In this document: positions 1-6,975 of the stretch, piece after piece
Layout of the letters: each line of letters starts with the position of its first letter
Numbering within the stretch: the stretch's first letter is position 1
Assembly (NCBI GenBank): GCA_035529895.1
Contig: DATKVV010000022.1
Location: 1 to 64,000, forward strand
DNA from: Sedimentisphaerales bacterium
GTDB taxonomy: Bacteria; Planctomycetota; Phycisphaerae; Sedimentisphaerales; Anaerobacaceae
DNA length: 64,000 nucleotides
Direction of reading: 5' to 3'
Notes under the pieces: generated by a model
Seen by the model: the letters and a program-made list of their open reading frames with translations, nothing else
What the model was told of the DNA's origin: nothing
The model's database searches: none
Program-made: the position numbers and the translations under genes

Positions 1-90
1 GCGGACACATAGCTGGATGAACCGCTTTCGCCGCATATTGACGCGGTGGGAAAAGAAGCCTGAAAATTATTTGGCTCTGCTTCATCTTGT

Positions 91-888
91 TTGTGCCATA
101 ATTACGTTTCGTTGTTCCGGGTTATTCGGATAGGCTCTAAGCCGCATGCGGAGTTTTATAGGTGGCGCAGGAATGCCGATGGACGGGCGCCGTGGTGCAA
201 ACTTTGTATGCGCGCATACCGGCAGCATGAGCGGATGAGGAAAAAGGTATATGTTGAGGCGAGGCGCTGCAATACATGTAAAGAACTGAAGGGCCGCGAA
301 CACTTTTCAAAGGATATGCTCAACCGGGACGGATTGCGTAGGCAATGCAAGGCGTGTGCGTCACTAAGCCATCGTCGTTGGGCGGTTCGCCAGGCAGATA
401 ATGCTCCGACAGAAAAACAGTGTCGCAGGTGCGGTATAGTAAAGCCGCGAGAGCAATTTCGCCGCGACATGAGGCACGCCGATGGCCTGAGAAGTTATTG
501 CACAGAATGCAATCGCATACGCGGCGCCGCAGACTATGCGCTAGGGTCATTCCGCAAATCTGGCACGACTGGCGGGCCGTCCCTGGCGACGTGGGAACAG
601 GTCGGGCAGGCCGTAGAAGAAATAGCGGGATTACAGAAAATCATAAACCACGAGCGGAGCGCCTGTCTTAAAATCGTACAGGGCATCAAAACCGACCTGG
701 CGGCCAAGATAACCAAGCTGTTAATTCAACAGTCTCATCTCGAAAAGTTAATCGAGCGATTCATCAGAGGGACTCGCCGGAACGGGGAACGCATCGAGCG
801 AATATTTCCCTGTGGCAGAATAAGTTTTTATCGAGGCCGTTTGGAAATCGTCCCAAACCTTCCACATCTTCTTTATGTCGTGGGATAA
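91..888 (+). CDS. Basic multi-zinc-ribbon protein (cassette copy 1). It has at least 3 repeats of CxxC-x(5-6)-F-x-[KR]-D-x(5-7)-DGL-x(3)-CxxC, then a coiled-coil C-terminus. The start is uncertain: TTG at 91, and the N-terminus is shorter than in the paralog at 9215.
   Basis: ORF track. Repeated CxxC pairs are visible in the translation. It is 70-85% identical to the 9215..10045 product. It overlaps the downstream gene start by 14 nt, which suggests an operon. Confidence 0.5.
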   Translation: MCHNYVSLFRVIRIGSKPHAEFYRWRRNADGRAPWCKLCMRAYRQHERMRKKVYVEARRCNTCKELKGREHFSKDMLNRDGLRRQCKACASLSHRRWAVRQADNAPTEKQCRRCGIVKPREQFRRDMRHADGLRSYCTECNRIRGAADYALGSFRKSGTTGGPSLATWEQVGQAVEEIAGLQKIINHERSACLKIVQGIKTDLAAKITKLLIQQSHLEKLIERFIRGTRRNGERIERIFPCGRISFYRGRLEIVPNLPHLLYVVG

Positions 889-1690
889 AATGAGCACAGA
901 GGATATAAGCCGGAAGCAGCAGTTTTTCGACCAGCGGGCACGTAACGAGCGCCTTGCGCCGCCGCAGATTGTCCAGCCCGGCCACGTCGTCCGCCACCCT
1001 GTTTCCGGCAATGCAAAATTATTCGGGGTAATGTCGGCTGCCGACGGCGATGCTCTTTACACATGTCACGAACTCGTTATAGACGCAACAGCCTGGTCCG
1101 ACACTGGCGGCGATAAAAAACTTGTCGAGCTTAACGATACCGAGATTACCGTCCTTAATATCGCTGAATTTGACCCGGAACCTGAGTACGTCGCTCACCT
1201 GGCGTTCGGTGACGTGCTTGTCGGCGTATTTCGCGGAAAAGATGATGAGAACAATATCCGCTGGGCCGGTGTGCCGTTTCGCCGGCAGCATGGAGCGCAG
1301 GTTCGCCGGGCCTTCTGCAAGGCGGCAGCGGGTGACGCGGCCACGATTGATTGTTATCTCGATAAAGACGAGACGGGCACGGAGATTACCGTTAACTGCG
1401 ATATCATCGGCGGCTCGAAACTCAGTGAGGCTATCCCGTGCCTGGCTGATGGCACGCCGCTTGCGGTTTACAAGCTCGCGGACGGCAACTGGTACACTGA
1501 CACAGTATTTCAGACCTTCGATAAGGAAAAGGGCCTCGTAATCGAGTCCGGCAAGCTCGTAGTCAATATCGACGCGACGAAGGGTCTTGAATTTGATGAT
1601 GGTACCAAAAAACTGCAAGTACATATTAACGAGACTGAGCTGCGCTTCGACGGCGGTGAGCTTGAAACAAAAATTTCACCCTGTTCTTAA
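875..1690 (+). CDS. Tail-fibre-like structural protein (cassette copy 1).
   Basis: The C-terminal segment KLVVNIDATKGLEFDDGTKKLQVHINETELRFDGGELE resembles phage tail-fibre repeat motifs. It is about 85% identical to the paralog at 10046..10843. Genomic context is phage structural genes. Confidence 0.5.
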   Translation: MSWDKMSTEDISRKQQFFDQRARNERLAPPQIVQPGHVVRHPVSGNAKLFGVMSAADGDALYTCHELVIDATAWSDTGGDKKLVELNDTEITVLNIAEFDPEPEYVAHLAFGDVLVGVFRGKDDENNIRWAGVPFRRQHGAQVRRAFCKAAAGDAATIDCYLDKDETGTEITVNCDIIGGSKLSEAIPCLADGTPLAVYKLADGNWYTDTVFQTFDKEKGLVIESGKLVVNIDATKGLEFDDGTKKLQVHINETELRFDGGELETKISPCS

Positions 1691-1693
1691 TCT

Positions 1694-2452
1694 ATGGCGA
1701 ACGAAACGATTTACGGCTGTGTTGACTGGGCGACGGGCAAAATCAAGTTTGCACAGGACGCTTGTTATTACTACGGTTGTATAATATGGGAGGGCGTGCA
1801 TGCCGGGCAAGTCGCAGTTACTATTGATATGCCGAATTGCGACGATACTTATTATGGCTGCGTGAACTGGGCAACGGGCAAGTTTCAAGTTGTTGTGCCG
1901 GATAATTGCTGTGAATATCCTCCCTGTGAATATTGCGTGGATACGCCAAGCCAGGTAACTATCACATTTACCGGGTTAACCGAGTGCGAATGTCTGGTTG
2001 AGATGTATGGTTCTGCTAAATTTGTTGGTACAGCAGCCGCGATTAACGGCAATTCGTATGTATTGCCTGCCCGCCCGGATTTACCGTGTCTGTGGAAAAA
2101 GAAATTCACCGGTAATTTTGGTACTTGGAAATGTTATTATTTTACTGAATGTCAGACTTTCGACGACGAAGTGCCATTAACTTTCTTGGATATAGGTGTT
2201 AGGCGCTGCGTAGGCGAGGAGGGAGACGGTTTGCATATCGTGGCCAGGGTGGGAACCGGCTTCGACTTTTGCTGGGGTCCTTCCGTTGGACAAGTTGTAT
2301 ATTTCTATTCAACCAGCGAAGGTGGTTGTTTAGAAGCCGAGATTACAGGATGTGTCGGCGCTGTCGATTTGCCCAATCAAACAGGTTGTGATATTCCGGT
2401 AATTGGTGGCTACTTAATAAGTGGGACTGCTACGATTGTTGAAGGTGGTTGA
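1694..2452 (+). CDS. Cys-rich putative receptor-binding / fibre-tip protein (copy 1). The N-terminal roughly 85 aa are conserved and contain a YGCV[DN]WATGK internal repeat. The C-terminal half is unrelated to the paralog.
   Basis: ORF track. Alignment by eye to the 10850..11599 product shows about 75% identity over the first ~85 aa and none over the remainder. Confidence 0.5.
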   Translation: MANETIYGCVDWATGKIKFAQDACYYYGCIIWEGVHAGQVAVTIDMPNCDDTYYGCVNWATGKFQVVVPDNCCEYPPCEYCVDTPSQVTITFTGLTECECLVEMYGSAKFVGTAAAINGNSYVLPARPDLPCLWKKKFTGNFGTWKCYYFTECQTFDDEVPLTFLDIGVRRCVGEEGDGLHIVARVGTGFDFCWGPSVGQVVYFYSTSEGGCLEAEITGCVGAVDLPNQTGCDIPVIGGYLISGTATIVEGG

Positions 2453-2889
2453 TGTCTTGCAATCAAATTATTCCGCCCAAATTTACTGCCGAACAGACTA
2501 AGGAATGCTTGCACTGCAAAATGGCAAGCGCAAAGGTCCGTTGGTGCGGCCATTTCGGAGTATGGATTCAGGAACAAGGCAAAATTATAACACCACCGGA
2601 GAAAATCGCTTATCCTTCGATGCCCCGAATGGCGGCGAACTTTATGATAGCGGCAGGCAAACATATCGCATCGGGTTTCGCAAACAGAACGCCTGCCGAG
2701 CAGGAACAATGCCGGGTGATATGCGAGGCATGTCCCCACTATGTGCCGGATTCGAGATTAGGCCCGCGCTGCCGAAAATGTGGCTGTTGGGTTTCTCTTG
2801 CAAAACGCTGGGCAACAAAGCCTTGTCCTGAAGGCAAGTGGCCGGTTAACGCGGGTTTAACAGGTGTTGCAACTGTAGTTAAAACATAA
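2449..2889 (+). CDS. Small Cys-rich protein with CxxC, CEACP and CRKCGC motifs (copy 1). It may be a metal-binding fibre-assembly or accessory protein.
   Basis: ORF track. It is about 85% identical to the 11615..12061 product. It overlaps the upstream gene by 4 nt. Confidence 0.5.
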   Translation: MMSCNQIIPPKFTAEQTKECLHCKMASAKVRWCGHFGVWIQEQGKIITPPEKIAYPSMPRMAANFMIAAGKHIASGFANRTPAEQEQCRVICEACPHYVPDSRLGPRCRKCGCWVSLAKRWATKPCPEGKWPVNAGLTGVATVVKT

Positions 2890-2900
2890 GCAAAAGGCAG

Positions 2901-2988
2901 GTATCGCACATAACGCCGAGAGAAAATTGGGCGTTTTGGCTGCGATGTTTTTATGCGCTTCACCGATTCTGTTAAGATAGGCAGGATT
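2901..2988. repeat. Conserved ~88-bp non-coding box directly downstream of cassette copy 1. It contains a short hairpin aacgcc-N12-ggcgtt followed by a T-rich tract.
   Basis: Near-identical sequence (gtatcgcaca..ttaagataggcaggatt) is found at 12092..12180, downstream of cassette copy 2. Confidence 0.6.
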
Positions 2989-3030
2989 CGCCCCTTTTTT
3001 GTGTAATTACCCAACCCCCCTATCCTGTTA

Positions 3031-3100
3031 CCGCCATCTCGTGGGAATTTCCGCCAACATCCGCGCGAAACTACATGTAATCTCACACTAAAGATGGCGG
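3031..3100. repeat. 47-bp motif ccgccaTctcgtgGgaaTTtccgccaacatc...aactaca (single copy) plus its inverted partner agatggcgg. Candidate att, end or iteron site.
   Basis: Strong match to the two tandem 47-bp units at 12214..12310. An inverted repeat ccgccatct (3031-3039) / agatggcgg (3092-3100) is visible. Confidence 0.5.
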
Positions 3101-3621
3101 TGGGCGCGCACGTGCGGGAATACCTGAACATAGACGGCAAAAAGCGGGACGGCGCGCAGCAAACGCGGATTTTTGGGGGACGCGTGGTTAGATTATTAAA
3201 TTTTTTAATGATGGCATAAGTGGCAAAACAGCCAAAAATTCACAGCGAGTTGGCGGAGACTGAACTTTTAAGCGAGGCGCGTTTAAACCCGTTTAAAACA
3301 GCGCCAAATACCAGTTATAAGAAAATGCCCGGCTGGTTTTCTTGACAAAACGCGCGCACGTGGGCCTGCGCGCTTGCTCTTAGAAGTGCGCCTAACAATT
3401 AGGCTAATTAGATGAATAGTGAACAAAACTGGCGGTTTTGAGGCGATACGGCGGTTTTTGGGTGTGCGGGTGAAAACGATTGTGGAAGGATGTGTCGGTT
3501 TTCTTGACAAGGCAAAAAGTTACCCAAATTAACAAACGCTGGCGGGCGGCCAAAAAAATCTTTGAAAATGCAAAAATTTTTTTTCGGCGGGCCGCAAGCC
3601 CCCTGAGCCGTCAAAAAGACC

Positions 3622-3646
3622 AATCTGCAAACGAAGTTTGCAGATT
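3622..3646. promoter_or_regulatory. Perfect 11-bp-arm palindrome aatctgcaaac-gaa-gtttgcagatt. Candidate repressor or operator site in the element control region.
   Basis: Read directly from the sequence. It lies in a ~1-kb ORF-poor region upstream of the head gene block. Confidence 0.45.
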
Positions 3647-3770
3647 CAGGCGGAAGTGATAGGATAGCCGATGATGCAATGGGACGGGCGCTGCCCGGTA
3701 CCACGACGACAATATCATATATCACACAAGGCTATGACCAACGATGCGAAAATTTTTTGCGGGAAAAATA

Positions 3771-3799
3771 TTGACAGGCCGGGCCTGGCGGGGTACAAT
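3771..3799 (+). promoter_or_regulatory. Consensus sigma70 promoter TTGACA-17 nt-TACAAT.
   Basis: ttgaca (3771-3776), a 17-nt spacer, then tacaat (3794-3799). Both hexamers match consensus. Confidence 0.6.
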
Positions 3800-3805
3800 A
3801 CGGCA

Positions 3806-3937
3806 ATCATGGAACACAAAGCACAAAATCCGTTGACTCAAAATACTGTGCTGAACGAGCCTGGGGATTTTCGGAGTGGCAACGCCCGAACGGCTGCTTT
3901 GTGGCCGCATGAGTCCCCAGGCTCGTTCAGTCTTTTT
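3806..3937 (+). ncRNA. Candidate ~130-nt small RNA or leader/attenuator, running from the consensus promoter to a strong intrinsic terminator.
   Basis: The predicted TSS is about 7 nt after the -10. There is a 17-bp inverted repeat ctgaacgagcctgggga (3851-3867) / tccccaggctcgttcag (3914-3930), followed by tcttttt. No plausible ORF fits within it. A good SD (aaagggga) for the next gene follows at ~3957. Confidence 0.4.
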
Positions 3938-3969
3938 CTGCGCAGGCAGAAAATTGAAAGGGGACTAAC

Positions 3970-4317
3970 ATGAAACACAAAGATGGACAAACAGAAGGAT
4001 GCAACGGGCAGGGCAGGCGTGAACAGGTGCGGGGCGTGACCGCGCAGCTCGGCTCGCTCGCAGAACGGCTGCACGTGGAGTGCAGTGACAACAAACGGCT
4101 GGCGCTTGGCTGTATCACGGTCCTTATCGAGCTTGAGGACATATTGACCTCGGATGCCATTGACGGGCTGCGAGATGCGCAGCGATATTTACTGAACGAT
4201 GTTGAACGGGCCGAGAAAGCGGAAGCGTCACCGGACGATGAATCGCTCGAGCGCATACTGGGCACGGCAGAGGGAATCGCCGAGCAGCTTCAGGAAGCGG
4301 CGGGAATCACCTTATAA
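3970..4317 (+). CDS. Hypothetical acidic 115-aa protein, first gene of the head block.
   Basis: ORF track. Preceded by an SD. Immediately followed by the prohead protease, which has its own SD. Confidence 0.4.
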   Translation: MKHKDGQTEGCNGQGRREQVRGVTAQLGSLAERLHVECSDNKRLALGCITVLIELEDILTSDAIDGLRDAQRYLLNDVERAEKAEASPDDESLERILGTAEGIAEQLQEAAGITL

Positions 4318-4328
4318 GGAGATAGTCG

Positions 4329-5090
4329 ATGGACACGGATGTCGATTTTGCAGGGCTGGCTAAGGGGCAGCAATCACTTCTCGCAAAGACGGGGCCTGAC
4401 ACACGGACGTGCCAGGCCCTTGTCAAATCCATAGACAATACCCGAAAACGGATCACCGCAGTGGTCTCGGCGCCCGTTTTGGACAGGGACAACGAAATTA
4501 TAGAGGCTTCGGCGTTCGCCGAATCGCTGGCCGGTTTTATGAAAAACCCGGTTGTCCTGGCCTCTCACCAGCACAAATTATCCGACGGGCATTCCCCGGT
4601 TATAGCTAATGTCACCGCAGCAAAGACGACGCCGGGGGGCCTGGAGGTCGAGGTAGAATATCACGATGAAACCGAGCTTGCCCGCGAGTACTGGGGACTG
4701 TACTCGAAGAAGATTCAGCGGGCGTTCTCTGTGGGCTTCATACCGAAAGAGGGGGAATACAAAAACATAAAAGACTCGCGCGTGTGGTGTCACACAAAGG
4801 CGGAGCTTGTCGAGATATCGTGCGTGCCCGTGCCGTCGTGCCCGGAAGCGCTGTCGAGGTCCACACAAAAGAAGCTCGACTTCATAACTGCCAAGCGGAG
4901 CGAGCGGGAAGATGAGCAGTTCCTGGCGGAGCTGCGAAAAGAGGGCCTGGACCTGGATAAGCTGCGTGACGAGTTCGGGGACGTAATGCTGATGTCGGAC
5001 GATGACTGGGGCGTCGATGATTCGAAGGGGGCGGGCGGTGATGACGAATATGATTTTGTTGGCTTGGTTCGAGGTGTCGTAAGGCTATGA
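4329..5090 (+). CDS. Phage prohead (maturation) protease, HK97/S78-like.
   Basis: N-terminal motif ITAVVSAPVLDRDNEIIEASAF, then VLASHQH and ELVEISCVPVPSCPEA, which are typical of HK97-family prohead proteases. aaggag SD. It lies directly upstream of the capsid gene. Confidence 0.65.
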   Translation: MDTDVDFAGLAKGQQSLLAKTGPDTRTCQALVKSIDNTRKRITAVVSAPVLDRDNEIIEASAFAESLAGFMKNPVVLASHQHKLSDGHSPVIANVTAAKTTPGGLEVEVEYHDETELAREYWGLYSKKIQRAFSVGFIPKEGEYKNIKDSRVWCHTKAELVEISCVPVPSCPEALSRSTQKKLDFITAKRSEREDEQFLAELRKEGLDLDKLRDEFGDVMLMSDDDWGVDDSKGAGGDDEYDFVGLVRGVVRL

Positions 5091-5250
5091 GGATTCGCTT
5101 AGGAACAGATAATTGCCGGCGCTCCGCATGCTGCGATTATTTTGCTGGCGGGTCCGCTGCGGGTCATGGCTCAATCTCCAAAAGAGGGGGACGCGCAACC
5201 AGCGACGTCCCCCTGTTGTGCTGGGAGCTGGCAATCCGTGTTTATGAGGT

Positions 5251-6426
5251 ATGACAATGCCACTTATTGAAGAAAGAATCGCCGCAGGCTTCGAGGCCGC
5301 AGGCGAAAGAATGAATACGTTTGAGCAGAATCAAAAGGAGCTTCAAGAGAGCGTAAATATACTTACGAAGATGCTGCGTGAGTATGGCAGGGCGCTTAGC
5401 GCGGGCAATCCACCGTTCGACCAGGAAAGCAACCGGTTCTGGCGGACCGAAGAGGACGCAAGGCAGTTCGGTGAGCTGGTGCTCACGGCGATTGGCCGCA
5501 AGGCTATGGCCGAAGGTACGAACATCGGCGGCGGCGCGCTTGTCGATGCGACGCTGAGCGCCCAAGTGATTCAAAGACTCGGCAAATACGGCAAGCTGCG
5601 CGGCAACTGCACGGTTGTCCCCATAGGCTCGGCCGCGCAGCATTTTCCGAGGGTACAGTCTGACTTGACGGTATATTGTCCCGGCGAAGGGGGGACGATA
5701 AGCGAAAGCGACATGGGTTTTAACGTGGTCAAGATGATTCCGAAAACATTTGTCGCGCTGGCAGCCATATCGAACGAGCTTGACGACGATTCGATTGTCG
5801 GCTTGGGCGAGATTATCGGCATGTCGATGGCTCGGAGCATGGCAAAAAAAGAGGATGAAATCGGCTTTGTCGGGGACGGGACAGCGACTTTTTTCGGCAT
5901 GACCGGAATCTGCCAGGCCCTGCTTAACGTGGATGCCACAATTGCGAGCATTAAAGGCCTGGTAGTTGGCGCCGGGGATACGTATGCAGAGTTGACGCTC
6001 GGCGATTTTCGCAAGGTCGTGGGAATCCTGCCGGAGGATTGTGACGACACCGCCAAGTGGTACATGCACAAGCGATTTTATTATTCTGTCGTGTACCCGC
6101 TGGCGGAGACGGCGGGCGTCGCAAACATCTTTGAGATTTTAACAGACCGCAAGGGACGATTCCTTTTGGGCTACCCGGTCGAGTTCGTCCACTGTATGCC
6201 GTACACGGGAGCTGCTTCACAGATATGCGCGCTGCTCGGCGATTTACAGATGGGCTGTTATATCGCGGACCGCAAGATGCTGACTATCGAGCAGAGCAGC
6301 GAGGTCAAGTTCTTGACGAACCAAAAGGCAATCAGGGGCGTCGAGCGAATCGACATTAACGCCTTCGGCGTCGGAGATACGAGCGAGCCGGGGCCGATTG
6401 TCGGGCTGATAACTGCCGCTGCATAA
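5251..6426 (+). CDS. Major capsid protein, HK97 fold.
   Basis: 391 aa. It follows the prohead protease. The N-terminal delta-domain-like coiled segment and overall length are typical. Assigned from established gene order, not from a search. Confidence 0.6.
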   Translation: MTMPLIEERIAAGFEAAGERMNTFEQNQKELQESVNILTKMLREYGRALSAGNPPFDQESNRFWRTEEDARQFGELVLTAIGRKAMAEGTNIGGGALVDATLSAQVIQRLGKYGKLRGNCTVVPIGSAAQHFPRVQSDLTVYCPGEGGTISESDMGFNVVKMIPKTFVALAAISNELDDDSIVGLGEIIGMSMARSMAKKEDEIGFVGDGTATFFGMTGICQALLNVDATIASIKGLVVGAGDTYAELTLGDFRKVVGILPEDCDDTAKWYMHKRFYYSVVYPLAETAGVANIFEILTDRKGRFLLGYPVEFVHCMPYTGAASQICALLGDLQMGCYIADRKMLTIEQSSEVKFLTNQKAIRGVERIDINAFGVGDTSEPGPIVGLITAAA

Positions 6427-6510
6427 TGAGACAAGAGCGGGAGCGCGGGCGGCAAGCATCGCTTTGACCGCCCGCGTTCCCCGTGTTTACCAAAGTTAGG
6501 AGTATAAAAA

Positions 6511-6957
6511 ATGATTGAGATACAAGAGATGAAAATGATTATCGCCCTCAGGCCGCAGCTAAAGAACGCCGGGGCCTTCGCCAATAACGCATACTGGGAC
6601 CGTTCAAACTGGAACCACGAGCGGGTATTGTTCGTCGTGGGCGATACCGATGTTATTGTCGGTTCGACTGACACGAGTACTCCGCCGTTTGTCGAGGAGT
6701 GCGATACGGTCGGCGGCGGTTATACCGCCGTCACAGACGCTGCGCTTTCGGCGGTAATCGGGGCGCTCGACGATAACAAGCTGTTTGCTATCGACATCGA
6801 CCTGCGCAAGACGCATAAGCGGTATGGCCGGGTAAATGCGCCGACGGCGGGCGATTCAACAGGCGCAAATCTGGCTATCCTCGTGATTCTCAGCAAGGGC
6901 GAAATCGGGCCGAAGAACGCGGCGGGCCAGGGATTAGCCGAATTGGTGACGGCGTGA
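6511..6957 (+). CDS. Hypothetical 148-aa protein. It may be a head-decoration or head-tail connector protein.
   Basis: ORF track. aggag SD. Position between the capsid and the tape-measure-like gene. Confidence 0.35.
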   Translation: MIEIQEMKMIIALRPQLKNAGAFANNAYWDRSNWNHERVLFVVGDTDVIVGSTDTSTPPFVEECDTVGGGYTAVTDAALSAVIGALDDNKLFAIDIDLRKTHKRYGRVNAPTAGDSTGANLAILVILSKGEIGPKNAAGQGLAELVTA

Positions 6958-6975
6958 CACAGCGCGTAAAGTGAC

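Noticed and set aside
3342-3364. Second and third TTGACA hexamers (3342 and 3504) as promoters.
   Set aside because: There is no acceptable -10 hexamer at 16-18 nt spacing for either. Only the 3771 promoter is complete.
3671-3973. 100-aa plus-strand ORF spanning the consensus promoter and terminator.
   Set aside because: It would have to be translated across its own promoter and -10. No SD. The hairpin and U tract argue for a non-coding role.
5242-6069. 275-aa ORF antisense to the capsid gene.
   Set aside because: The capsid-protease order and capsid size fit the plus strand. The antisense product has no features.
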